A stretch of DNA of 64,000 nt from assembly GCA_963666115.2 (NCBI GenBank), contig CAXXET010000008.1, forward strand, positions 64,001 to 128,000. Reading direction: 5' to 3'. The translations under genes and the position numbers were made by a program. This document shows, piece by piece, positions 1 through 9,632 of this stretch. The stretch's first letter is position 1. Each line of letters starts with the position of its first letter. This DNA comes from Dehalococcoidia bacterium. GTDB taxonomy: Bacteria; Chloroflexota; Dehalococcoidia; UBA6926. The notes below the pieces were generated by a model. That model was not told the DNA's origin, did not search any database, and worked only from the letters and a program-made list of their open reading frames with translations.

Positions 1-60
1 CGCGCCACCTCATATCCATTCGCGCGAAACTCTTCAGCTTTGCGATCCGCCGCCCTCTTC
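1..60 (-). CDS. Partial hypothetical protein running off the window edge (possible nuclease-fold protein)
   Basis: Minus-strand frame reads EKRAADRKAEEFRANGYEVAR directly after the RusA-like gene; start unclear, possible indel. Confidence 0.25.
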
Positions 61-79
61 TCAGCGGTAGCGATGTCCT

Positions 80-507
80 CTATAACCACGCCGTGACCCT
101 CCTGCGTCCGCGCTTCGCTCACAAAGACATGGACAAACGCATTATATTCTCTCGCAGCCCGCCTGAGCAGGCCGGACGACCCCTCGAATGAAAGGGGGGC
201 GCTTAGATCCCTTCTCCGGCTGAGCAGATCTGTAATCTGCGAATCATCCGCGTACACAACACCGTTCATCGCATCCAGGATGAGCTTGGGGATATTGTCG
301 ATGTCTATAGGCAGCTGCCCCCGGCAGAACCGGCCCGCGAAAGTACGTGATCGCGGCAATCACGTCTCCTTCGAACGGCAGGCCATCATCCCATCGGCGG
401 CGCGCCTCGTCTCTGACCGTCTCCGTCCATTGCCTCTTTCGAGTGGCAGAGGATGATTGCTGTGATACCGGAACGCCCTGGACGACGAACTCGAAGGGTA
501 GTGCCAG
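80..507 (-). CDS. RusA-family Holliday junction resolvase-like protein (frameshifted in this assembly)
   Basis: N-term LPFEFVVQGVPVSQQ; after a frame change near the C5 run at 318-322 the RusA motif DIDNIPKLILDAMNGVVYADDSQI appears; SD AAAGGAGGT before CTG at 507; 3' end approximate. Confidence 0.7.
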
Positions 508-571
508 AACTACCTCCTTTGCCCCAAGTGTACCCAATCGGCGGCAGCGCTTGGCCGCGTGACGATGGCTC

Positions 572-1543
572 CTAGCCCCCCAGCGTCTCCCCCACGAACT
601 CCGGCCGCCCCCGCACGAACTCCCGCGCCGGCATCGCCCTCCGCCCCTCCGCCTGCACCTCAAGCAGCTCCAGCAGCCCCTCCCCCGTGCCGACGGCGAC
701 GCCCGCCCCGCCTCCGTCCTCTGACCGCCTCAGCCGCACGACGCGCCCCGCTGGCGTGCCTCGCGCATCGTACTCCTCCGGCAGCGCAATCGCGCGGCGG
801 ATAGCCAGGCGCTTGCCCGCCAGCATCGTGTACGCCCCCGGTTGGGGCGTCATCGCCAACACGCGCCGCTCCAGTTCCTGCGCGGGGCTGTCCCAATTCA
901 GCAAGCCGTCACCCTTCTCCAGCATCCGCGATTGCGTGGCCAGGCCATGATCCTGGGCCTCGGGCGTTATCGATCCGCCGAGCCAGTTGCCCAGGGTTTC
1001 CACCAGCAGCGCCGCGCCCATCTGCGAGAGTCGTTCCGTCAATTCCCCCGCCGTCTCGCCGGACCGAATCGGCGCCGCGCGCCGGCTCAGCAGCGGCCCT
1101 GAATCAACACCCTCTTCCAGCAGGAAGATGCTCACGCCGGCGTTCTCGTCGCCCTCCAGCAGCGTCCACACCACCGGCGCAGGCCCCCGGTGACGAGGCA
1201 GCAGCGACGGATGAACGTTCAGCGCGCCGCGCGGCGGGATGTCCAACACGCTGCGCGGGAAGATGAGGCCGTAGGCCGCCGTTACGATAACCGTCGGTTC
1301 CAGCGTCCGTATCCGTTCAGCTTCCTCCTCCGAGCGAAGCGTCGCCGGCTCGAGCACGTCGAGCCCGTACTGCACGGCGCGTTCCTTGACGGGCGACCGG
1401 CGCGGCCGCCGCCCGCGCCCCGCCGGCTGGTCCGGGCGCGTCAGCACGGCGACGGGCCGGTTCTCCGACCTCATCAGCGCATCGAGCGTCGGCACGGCGA
1501 ATTCGGCGGTGCCGCAAAAGATGATCCGGGAATTTTGCTCCAT
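572..1543 (-). CDS. fmt: Methionyl-tRNA formyltransferase
   Basis: IIFCGTAEFA, TRPDQPAGRG, AAYGLI, NVHPSLLPRHRG motifs. Confidence 0.97.
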   Translation of the reverse strand: MEQNSRIIFCGTAEFAVPTLDALMRSENRPVAVLTRPDQPAGRGRRPRRSPVKERAVQYGLDVLEPATLRSEEEAERIRTLEPTVIVTAAYGLIFPRSVLDIPPRGALNVHPSLLPRHRGPAPVVWTLLEGDENAGVSIFLLEEGVDSGPLLSRRAAPIRSGETAGELTERLSQMGAALLVETLGNWLGGSITPEAQDHGLATQSRMLEKGDGLLNWDSPAQELERRVLAMTPQPGAYTMLAGKRLAIRRAIALPEEYDARGTPAGRVVRLRRSEDGGGAGVAVGTGEGLLELLEVQAEGRRAMPAREFVRGRPEFVGETLGG

Positions 1544-1832
1544 TTTTCTCCGCCGAAACGCAGGCTCTCAGTACGGGCTACCCTCGAATTATTGAGGTAT
1601 TGAGAGCTTGTGGCAATGGCGCGGACACCCGCCACATTGCCTCAATCGTGGGCACCATGACGGTTTGCGTCTCTACGGTATCGACGCCCCTCACTTACCG
1701 GGTGTTAACGTAGATTCTTGTGACCCGACAGCGCCGGTGACTCTACCCGTCGACGGCGTGCCCTCCACGCTCAGGGAGGGTTGTCTTCCGGACAGTCGCG
1801 GTCGCTGCTTGCTGGAGGAGGACAGCGTTTCA

Positions 1833-3216
1833 ATGCCGGATGAACTTGTGCGCAAAACGTGGGAGGAGGCTCTTGGCCGCCTTCGCACGCAGATGAGCGC
1901 CGCCGCGTTCAACACGTGGCTGGCGGACACGTCCGGCGCTGCCCTCACCCGCGATGAGCTCACGGTGACCGTCCCAAGCGAGTACGCCCAGCATTGGATC
2001 CAGGGCTCCCTGCTCCCCATCATGGAGCGCATCGTCTCCGATGTCCTCAAAACGCCCCGTCGGCGTCGTCCTGCAGGTGGCGTCCGATGGCCCGCAGGCC
2101 CAGCCCGTTGCCGCAGCCGCGCGTGTCGTTGCCGAAGAACCGGCGCCCGCAAAACCCGCCCGTGGCGGTTCCCCCTTCATCATCGGCGCGCGACCGGACC
2201 CGCAGTTCACCTTCGACCGTTTCGTCGTCGGTGACAACACCAAGCTCGCCTACGCTGCCGCGACGAAGGTCGCCAGCGATCACGGCGGCGACTATAACCC
2301 GCTCGTCCTGTACGGCCCGCCCGGCCTCGGCAAGACGCACCTGCTTCACGCGATCGCCAACGAGGCGCAGGGGCAGGGGCGCACCACGCTCCTGGCCACG
2401 TCCGAGCAGTTCGTCCACGATTACGTCACCTCCGTCCAGAAGAAGACCACGGCAGGCTTCCGGGAGCGGTACCGTTCCCCGGACATCCTCGTCATCGACG
2501 ACGTGCAGTTCATCTGCGGCAAGGTCAAGAGCGAAGAGGCCCTGCTGCACACCTGCGGGGCGCTGCTGCGGGCAGGCCAGCAGATCGTCGTCTCCGCGGA
2601 CAGGGCGCCTGACGCATTGCAGTTCAGGAGCCCGCGCCTTGCCGCCCGCCTCCGCGCCGGCCTGCCCGTCGACGTGAAGCCGCCAAACAGGCGCACGCGC
2701 CTCAACATCCTGGCCTTCAAAGCGGCGCGCTACGACCTCGAAACACCGGACGATGTCCTCTCCTACCTTGCCGCCCGCCAGTTCTCCAGCATCAACCAGT
2801 TGGAGGGAGAACTCACCCGCGTCATCGCCCACGCCTCCCTGCTGGACCAGGCGCTCACGCTCGACCTCGCCCGCCAGGCCCTCTCCACCGCATCGACAAA
2901 CGCTGACCCCGTCCCCCTGACAATCGACGCCATCATTCGCACCACAGCCGCGTTCCGCCAGGTGACGCCCGCGGACATCACAGGCCGCAGCCGCGCCCGC
3001 CCCGCAGCCGAAACGCGCCATCTCGCAGTCTTCCTCGCCAGCCGCCACACCGATCACTCGCTCGCCTACATCGGCAAGTCATTTGGCAACCGCGACCACA
3101 CCACCGTCATGCACAGCATTCGCCGCATGGAGCGCGCCCTGGCCACAGACGCCAAGCTCCGCGCCGACGCCGAAGCAATCATCCAACTAGCCTCCTCCAC
3201 CTTCCCCCCCCACTAG
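1833..3216 (+). CDS. dnaA: Chromosomal replication initiator DnaA (frameshift at A4 run 2049-2052)
   Basis: Domain I (WEEALGRLRTQMSAAAFNTWL) from ATG 1833 with GGAGG SD; second frame carries YNPLVLYGPPGLGKTHL, IDDVQF, RDHTTVMH. Confidence 0.95.
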
Positions 3217-3241
3217 CCCCCCCCCGCCATTCCGCACCCCT

Positions 3242-3269
3242 CCGTCATTCCGGCGTAGGCCGGAATCCA
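3242..3269. repeat. REP-like palindromic element, family A (CGTCATTCC...GGAATCC)
   Basis: ccgtcattccggcgtaggccggaatcca; related copies at 36109, 56224, 58137, 59985, 62629. Confidence 0.85.
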
Positions 3270-3310
3270 CCCCGTGGCCCGATAGGGCCACAACCCCCCT
3301 ATAATCAACC

Positions 3311-3440
3311 ATGCCCAACTCACAAACAGAACCCCCCGCCCCCGACGAAGCCGCCGCAGAAATCGCCGCCAACGAACTCCTCCGCCGCCACGAGCGGGAT
3401 GAGCCCGAAGCCAACATCGCTGCAGCCCTCACATCCACGT
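3311..3440 (+). pseudogene. Probable N-terminal remnant of a large type IIG-like RM gene
   Basis: Starts like a real protein (AANELLRRHERDEPEANIAAAL) then degenerates; family assignment from recollection only. Confidence 0.35.
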
Positions 3441-3531
3441 GCATCACAATCAGCACGCCTGGTGCGAACACGCCCGCCATCATCACTTTCAGTGTCTCCC
3501 ATCCTGAATGCAGGTACACAGGGTGGAGGAT

Positions 3532-4161
3532 ATGATGGAGGATGTGCAATGGTATTCGTACTTTGAGTACGTTGCTTTTTTCTATCCGATTGGAATCCCT
3601 CTTCATGGCCTTCTTTGGTTGCCTGCTTGCACCGATCATCGCACTCTTATGCTTCGTACTGGCGGTCCCGGTTGCGCCTGGATGCCGGTTCCTATGCCGG
3701 AGCCGGAGCCCTTCACTCCGCTCTCTTGGTTCTGCCGGCAGCGTATCTTATCTTGCGGTTATCAATAGGAGACTCGCGATTCCTTCGCTTGGTAGCATTC
3801 GCTGGATTCGTATTCATTTACCTCGTCTGGGTCTTTTCTCCTGGGTATCAATGTATCTCAAGCACTCCTCTCGCTTCTGGAAATCAGTGTTTTCGACCAA
3901 TACCCTCTGATTATTATGGGCCCGGCCTTTGTGTGGTTCCTGGGCATGCTACTCCTCAATGTCTTCACGCTGCGCCTAACGATAAGGAACCTTCTCGCCG
4001 CGCGTGCAGCGCCGCCGCCGCCCGACAGTGAGCCTCCGTTTGATCGGCGCGCGGGCGAATACTGGCCTTACCTCATGCCCTGGGCAGCAGTGATCGTCTG
4101 GTCTTTCATCACGCTGGCAGGCACGATTGCCGTCGGCATGGCGGCGCTAGGGACCCAATGA
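3532..4161 (+). pseudogene. Multiply frameshifted membrane protein
   Basis: Hydrophobic segments spread over successive frames (3508, 3542, 3615, 3916 ORFs); lower GC than flanks. Confidence 0.5.
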
Positions 4162-4250
4162 TCCGCCCCCGCCGGAGACATAGCGTTGTCTGAGACGCGC
4201 CTCATCCACGTTGACGTTCAACCGGCGCCCTAATCACCCTGCTGTTCTAA

Positions 4251-4340
4251 TGTCATTCTGAGCGCAGCGAAGAATCCAAAGCCTCAATTGTGCGGGCGGA
4301 CACGTCCTTAGATTCTTCGGGGCTGCGCCCCCCAGAGCAC
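4251..4340. repeat. REP-like doublet, family B (TGTCATTCTGAGCGCAGCGAAGAATC plus degenerate inverted copy)
   Basis: tgtcattctgagcgcagcgaagaatc at 4251 and gattcttcggggctgcgccccccaga at 4311. Confidence 0.75.
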
Positions 4341-4589
4341 CTGTGGAAGCTGCCGATACCGGCGTATAACGAGCGAGAGGCCCTGCATCGTGAGTTGGCA
4401 AAGGCAGGCAAAGCGGCAGCCGAGCGTGTGGCGGACATCCTGCCGGAACTCCGCGCGAGAGAAGAGGCCGAGGGCAGGCCCCTAACAGTAACAAAAGCCC
4501 GCAAAGAAATCCGCAACTGGCTCCGCGCATCCAACGAAGGCAAGCACGTCGAGCGCCTGGTAGCCACCCTCCTAAAAGGCGGAACGTAG
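4335..4589 (+). pseudogene. Probable C-terminal remnant of a type IIG-like RM protein
   Basis: HLWKLPIPAYNEREALHRELAKAG...ARKEIRNWL reads as a genuine C-terminus; begins abruptly at the REP doublet with no start codon. Confidence 0.5.
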
Positions 4590-4595
4590 CCTCAC

Positions 4596-4645
4596 CCTTC
4601 GACAGGCTCAGGGGGCGGGGGGAGACTGGGGCCCTGCTTTCGCAC
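4596..4645. repeat. REP-like element, family C (CCCTTCGACAGGCTCAGGG) followed by a degenerate hairpin
   Basis: Same motif at 60132 and 60466; ggggagactggg context shared with 60092. Confidence 0.7.
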
Positions 4646-4732
4646 TGATTGCCACCCTCCGTGCGGTGTCTTACAGTGTCAGTAGTCCGGGCAGGCGGTC
4701 AGGCATGAATCTGGGCATGGGAGAATGTATCG

Positions 4733-5674
4733 GTGGATGCGGTCTCGCTCTTTACAGGGTGCGGTGGTTCCGACCGGGGGCTAGTCGATGCGGGCTGGGA
4801 CATCGTGCTGGCGAATGACATCCTGCCGTACGCCAGGGAGGTCTACGAGGCGAACCTGCCTGCAACGGATTTCAGATCGACAAGCATTGAGAACATCCGA
4901 ACGTTTCCCTCGGCTGACCTCCTGATCGGATGCTACCCGTGCCAGGGATTCAGCCAGGGAGGGGCGCGCGAAGCTGATCGGAACATCAACAGCCTGTATA
5001 AGGAGTTCGACCGCGCCCTGCGAGAAATCCGCCCCAAAGCTTTTGTCGTCGAAAATGTCCCGGGCATGGCCCGCAGCAATAATCGTCACCTCTTGGACGA
5101 TCAGCTTAGACGGTTCAGTGCGGCAGGCTTCAATGTTGCCGTGCCACAAACCGTCAACGCGGCCCACTATGGGCTGCCGCAAGAACGGCGAAGGATTTTC
5201 ATCGTCGGCATCCGTTCCGACCTTGGTCTGACATACGAATTCCCGGAGCCTACGCACGGCCCAGGGCTACAACACTTTGCGACGCAGGAGAGCGCGCTTG
5301 GGGATTTTGACGAGGCGTGGCCCGCCGGGGAGTTCTGTGACCAGCCGTTTCACTGGTACTACCTCTCACGCAATCGCCACCGCCGGTGGGATGAGCCTAG
5401 CAAGACAATCCTCGCGAACGCCCGCCACATGCCGCTGCACCCAATGAGCCCCCCGCTGGTCAAGCAGGGCACGGACAAGTGGGCCTTTGCGGGAGACCCC
5501 GATTCGGCGCGCCGCCTGTCATACCGGGAGGCGGCCGCCCTGCAGGGCTTGTCCGGCTGGCGCTTTCCTGACACGGCACGGCTGATGAAGAAGTACCAGG
5601 TTATCGGCAACGCCGTGCCGCCGATGCTCTTCCGGCAGATCGTCGACGCGATACCTGCGGAGGTCTTCTCATGA
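4733..5674 (+). CDS. DNA (cytosine-5)-methyltransferase
   Basis: SLFTGCGG (I), GCYPCQGFS (IV), ENVPG (VI), QERRRIF (VIII), RRLSYRE (IX), IGNAVPP (X). Confidence 0.95.
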   Translation: MDAVSLFTGCGGSDRGLVDAGWDIVLANDILPYAREVYEANLPATDFRSTSIENIRTFPSADLLIGCYPCQGFSQGGAREADRNINSLYKEFDRALREIRPKAFVVENVPGMARSNNRHLLDDQLRRFSAAGFNVAVPQTVNAAHYGLPQERRRIFIVGIRSDLGLTYEFPEPTHGPGLQHFATQESALGDFDEAWPAGEFCDQPFHWYYLSRNRHRRWDEPSKTILANARHMPLHPMSPPLVKQGTDKWAFAGDPDSARRLSYREAAALQGLSGWRFPDTARLMKKYQVIGNAVPPMLFRQIVDAIPAEVFS

Positions 5675-6738
5675 GCTTTCAGACGCTAGACATTGAGTCG
5701 CTGGAGTTCGACAAGGAGAATCCTCGACTGCCCTCCAACCTGCGGGGTGGCAGCGATGCTGACATTCTGGCGTACCTTGCCGCCAAAACTGGAATCGAAA
5801 ACCTCATGTCGTCCATTGGAGAGAACGGCTTCTTCGCAGGTGAGGCTATCGTCGTGACGCCCCAAGGCACCGACAAGTACACGGTCATTGAGGGAAATCG
5901 CCGGCTGGCAGCATTGCGCCTATTGCAGGACCCGGAACAGGTTGGCCGGGCAACAATCAGGCGAGCAGCGGAGGAGGCCAAGAGCAAGCCGACCCAAGTG
6001 CCCGCATATGTCGTCCAAACGCGAGACGAAACTTTGCAGTACCTGGGATTCCGCCACATCTCAGGAGTACAGCGGTGGGACCCGTTGGCAAAGGCGAGAT
6101 ACCTGGAATCGTTGTTTGAACGGGTTGAAGGCGACGACCCTATGGAGAGATACGCTGCGGTTGCCCGAGAGATCGGCAGCACACGGCCTGCTGTGCAGAG
6201 GAACCTTGATGCCCTTGCTGCATACAAGAGCATTGAGCAGAGAGATTTCTACGGCATCACAGACATAGAGGAGGGAACCTTTCAGTTCGGGACCTTTTAC
6301 ACAGCGCTCGGCAATGTTGACATAGCAAACTTCATTGGCACCAAACAAGATGGGGCTCCAGCGCATCCGCTAACAAACCCGTCGGCGCTGAACCAGGATA
6401 ACCTCCAAAAACTTGTAAAGTACATGTTCGAGAAGAATGACCGCGGAGCAACAGTCCTTGGTGAATCACGCAATATCCCCAAGCTGGCCGCCGTGGTAGC
6501 TAACGCGGATTCATTGCAGGCGCTGCGCAGAGGTGAAACGCTGGAAACGGCGTACCGATTGACGCCCCATGGCCGAGAGGAATTCATCAGCCGCATGACT
6601 CAAGCAAACGACGCGCTGAGACTGGCGAGTGGCAATGTATACGATGTCGACGAAACGGACAAAATTGCAACGGACCTCGTCCGTGAGGCCAGCAAGATAG
6701 TTCGTTCTATATCCGAACGGCTACGCTTGTCTCAATAG
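5671..6738 (+). CDS. ParB/Sulfiredoxin-fold N-terminal domain protein
   Basis: FDKENPRLP...YTVIEGNRRLAAL ParB-like motif, then HTH-like YAAVAREIGSTRPAV; ATGA overlap with the MTase. Confidence 0.8.
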   Translation: MSFQTLDIESLEFDKENPRLPSNLRGGSDADILAYLAAKTGIENLMSSIGENGFFAGEAIVVTPQGTDKYTVIEGNRRLAALRLLQDPEQVGRATIRRAAEEAKSKPTQVPAYVVQTRDETLQYLGFRHISGVQRWDPLAKARYLESLFERVEGDDPMERYAAVAREIGSTRPAVQRNLDALAAYKSIEQRDFYGITDIEEGTFQFGTFYTALGNVDIANFIGTKQDGAPAHPLTNPSALNQDNLQKLVKYMFEKNDRGATVLGESRNIPKLAAVVANADSLQALRRGETLETAYRLTPHGREEFISRMTQANDALRLASGNVYDVDETDKIATDLVREASKIVRSISERLRLSQ

Positions 6739-6742
6739 TGTA

Positions 6743-7702
6743 ATGATTGATATAACGTGGGATTCATCGATCACCAAAGATCCGCTCCAGTTGGCGGATG
6801 GAATTGAGCTTGCGGTCGCCTTTGTTGGTCGTTATGGCAGCCGATTCACGCAGGCGAATTTCCAACGTTCGGTGGACACCGAGAATCTCGACGATACGGA
6901 GGACTCATTCCTCGATAGTGATGGGGCTTACGAGCGCAACGAACAATTTGAGCAGGCGCTTGCCCTCATCGCAGATCGCGCATCCTGGCTTGGTCGTGCA
7001 TATCCTTTCAAGGTAGAGTCCGGAGAAGTTCAGTTTGCCCCTCCGGAATCACTTGAGGATTGCCTGCCCTACCTCTTTTTGCTTGTATGCTCCAACAGCA
7101 ACTATGCTCCTTCCCTAAAGAATGGCCTGCCAATCGATTTTGAATACCTGTGCAAGGAAGCGTTTAGAGCGCTCTTTCCCCAACGGGCCGAGGTTCTTCT
7201 GTTCAGCAAGAACAGCCAGGATCGGAGAGAAATTTTTGGATCATCCGCAGGAGACGCCGTTCGCATGTTGGCGCAAATGCTCAATACCGGTTTGGTAAAC
7301 TCCGAGCGCCTACCCGACACACAGCGTGAATTTGGCATCGACCTTATTGCTACCTATTCCTTTGATGACCAGGCTCCGTACACTTTCTTCGCTTTCGCAC
7401 AATGCACAATAGGAGAAGAATGGTGGCTCAAGAAGCATGAGGCAATCGCGGATAACGGACTCGCCGACTTTATTCATTTGAATGCGCGTCACTCCAATTT
7501 CTTGATGATTCCGCATTTTCCGCGATACAATCTACGGGAATGGAGCGAAGACCCTGCGCGCACTGGAAACTGCATACTCTGTGACCGTTTCAGGATATGC
7601 AAATTGCTGCAGAGGGCCGACTCTTTCGATCCCAGCAGCCCTCCGGAGAGTATCGCGGAGGTCTTCAAGCAACTCAGAGACAATCTCGTTGAGCCGGTCT
7701 GA
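6743..7702 (+). CDS. Hypothetical protein, putative PD-(D/E)xK-type endonuclease
   Basis: FEYLCKEAF...EFGIDLIA...FAQCTIGEEWWLK resembles a REase-fold D...Q/E-x-K variant; sits in an operon with MTase and Vsr. Confidence 0.55.
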   Translation: MIDITWDSSITKDPLQLADGIELAVAFVGRYGSRFTQANFQRSVDTENLDDTEDSFLDSDGAYERNEQFEQALALIADRASWLGRAYPFKVESGEVQFAPPESLEDCLPYLFLLVCSNSNYAPSLKNGLPIDFEYLCKEAFRALFPQRAEVLLFSKNSQDRREIFGSSAGDAVRMLAQMLNTGLVNSERLPDTQREFGIDLIATYSFDDQAPYTFFAFAQCTIGEEWWLKKHEAIADNGLADFIHLNARHSNFLMIPHFPRYNLREWSEDPARTGNCILCDRFRICKLLQRADSFDPSSPPESIAEVFKQLRDNLVEPV

Positions 7703-7738
7703 CGGGGCGCAAGCGAAGACTCTGGAAGGACGCATCAC

Positions 7739-8200
7739 ATGGCTGACACCGTATCGCCTGAGACCCGCAGCCGCATGATGTCCCGCATCAAATCGAAGGG
7801 CACCAAGCCGGAGGTTCTTGTACGGCGATTGCTCCATGGCCTCGGGTACAGGTATCGCTTGCATCGGGCAGGCCTGCCTGGGCGGCCTGACATGGTGTTC
7901 CCTTCGCGCCGCAAGGTCGTGTTCGTGCATGGTTGCTTTTGGCACTACCATCCTGAATGCGACCAGGCGCGCATACCCGACACCAACCGCGATTACTGGT
8001 TGCCGAAGTTGACGCGCACCAGGGCCAGGGACGCGCGCAACAGCCTGGCGCTCAGGGAAAAAGGCTGGGACGTGATGACGGTCTGGGAATGCCAGCTGAA
8101 GGATATAGAGGCAGTCACCAAGCGACTCGTTGATTTCCTGGACCATCCGCCCCCAACCCCCATTCACCATCATCATCCGTCTCCCCAATCTTTCCACTAA
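7739..8200 (+). CDS. vsr: Very short patch repair endonuclease
   Basis: RSRMMSRIKSKGTKPE, LPGRPD, FVHGCFWH, VWECQ. Confidence 0.95.
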   Translation: MADTVSPETRSRMMSRIKSKGTKPEVLVRRLLHGLGYRYRLHRAGLPGRPDMVFPSRRKVVFVHGCFWHYHPECDQARIPDTNRDYWLPKLTRTRARDARNSLALREKGWDVMTVWECQLKDIEAVTKRLVDFLDHPPPTPIHHHHPSPQSFH

Positions 8201-8335
8201 CCCCCAGCTCTCCCCGCCACCTTTCCACCGCCTTTCCACACCGATTCCACCCGGAATCCACACGCCTTCCCCTAGTCAAATCAATTCACCGTCCACCATC
8301 CCCACAGCCTTAGAGGCGGTATAACAACCCACATG
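8190..8335. promoter_or_regulatory. Candidate oriC: array of degenerate DnaA boxes
   Basis: ctttccacc 8221, ctttccaca 8232, gattccacc 8243, gaatccaca 8254 at 11-bp period; further boxes at 8190, 8289, 8298; just upstream of obgE. Confidence 0.6.
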
Positions 8336-8351
8336 GATATATGCTGAGAGA

Positions 8352-9632
8352 ATGATTGACCAAGCTCAGATACACGTGAACGGTGGAAAAGGCGGGCGCG
8401 GCGCAGTGTCCTTCCGGCGGGAGAAGTACGTTCCGTTTGGCGGGCCTGACGGCGGCGATGGCGGCCAGGGCGGCAGTGTCGTGTTTCGCGCCGACGAGAA
8501 TCTGATGACGCTGCAGGACTACGGGCGCAGTCTTCGATATGCCGCGCAAAACGGGGAGCCTGGCCGCGGCAAGAAGCAGACCGGCAAGACTGGCGGCGAT
8601 CTCATTTTGACGGTTCCTGTGGGAACGATAGTGACGTGGACGGGCGAGAAGACTGGCGGCGCGGTGGACCTTGAGTCGGACGGCGCGAGTATCGTCGTTG
8701 CGAAGGGCGGAGGCGGAGGCCGCGGCAACGTGCGGTTCACGAGTTCGACGAATCGCGCGCCGCGGCTGGCAGAGAGCGGCGAACCCGGCGAAGAGGTGGA
8801 CGTCCGCCTTGATCTGAAGCTGCTCGCCGATGTTGGCCTTGTCGGCCTCCCCAACGCGGGCAAGTCCAGTCTCCTGGCAATCGGCTCCGGGGCGAACCCG
8901 CGTGTCGCGGCCTACGCGTTCACCACCACCGAGCCGAACCTTGGCGTTGTGGACATCGGCTGGAGTAGCTTCGTCCTGGCGGACATCCCGGGGCTTATTG
9001 AGGGCGCGCATGAGGGCAAGGGCCTTGGCGACCAATTCCTCCGCCACGTGGAGCGCACCGCCGTCCTCATCCACATCATCGACGGTAGCCTGCCGGATGT
9101 CCTGGATGCATGGCGGAGCATCAACAACGAACTCGCGCTCCACGAGGCCCGGTTGGAGGACAAGCCGCAGATCGTGGCCGTCAACAAGATCGACGTGCCT
9201 GAGACGCAAGAGCAGCTGCCGGAACTGCAGGAGGCGTTCGCCGCCGAGGGTGTCGACGAGGTATTCGCGGTGTCCGCCGTCACCGGCGAGGGCGTGACGG
9301 AGCTGATGCGGGCCGCCTACACCCGCGTCGAAGCCGAAAGGGAGGCGCGCAAGCGGGCGCCGGCGCAGGAGGCGGACGAGCCGGAGGTCATCATCAGGCC
9401 TGAGCCGTTCCGCATCATGCCGGTCGTGGAGGCCGAGGAGGAGGGAGTGTGGCGGCTCAAGCACCCCCGCATTGAGCGGCTCGCCGACGGCATCGACCTC
9501 ACGGACATGGGCGTCGCCGCGCAGTTCTGGCGAGAACTCGGCCACGTCGGCGCGATTGATGCCCTGGAGCGGGCGGGCGCAGAGCCGGGCGACTGGGTAC
9601 TCATCGGCCGGACGGAGGTGAGGTGGCGGTGA
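8352..9632 (+). CDS. obgE: GTPase Obg/CgtA
   Basis: FRREKYVPFGGPDGGDGG, GLPNAGKSS, DIPGLIEGA, NKID. Confidence 0.97.
   Translation: MIDQAQIHVNGGKGGRGAVSFRREKYVPFGGPDGGDGGQGGSVVFRADENLMTLQDYGRSLRYAAQNGEPGRGKKQTGKTGGDLILTVPVGTIVTWTGEKTGGAVDLESDGASIVVAKGGGGGRGNVRFTSSTNRAPRLAESGEPGEEVDVRLDLKLLADVGLVGLPNAGKSSLLAIGSGANPRVAAYAFTTTEPNLGVVDIGWSSFVLADIPGLIEGAHEGKGLGDQFLRHVERTAVLIHIIDGSLPDVLDAWRSINNELALHEARLEDKPQIVAVNKIDVPETQEQLPELQEAFAAEGVDEVFAVSAVTGEGVTELMRAAYTRVEAEREARKRAPAQEADEPEVIIRPEPFRIMPVVEAEEEGVWRLKHPRIERLADGIDLTDMGVAAQFWRELGHVGAIDALERAGAEPGDWVLIGRTEVRWR

Noticed and set aside
5671-6738. Chromosome-partition parB near the origin
   Set aside because: No parA, lacks the canonical GERRxRA context, and is coupled to an MTase in a lower-GC island
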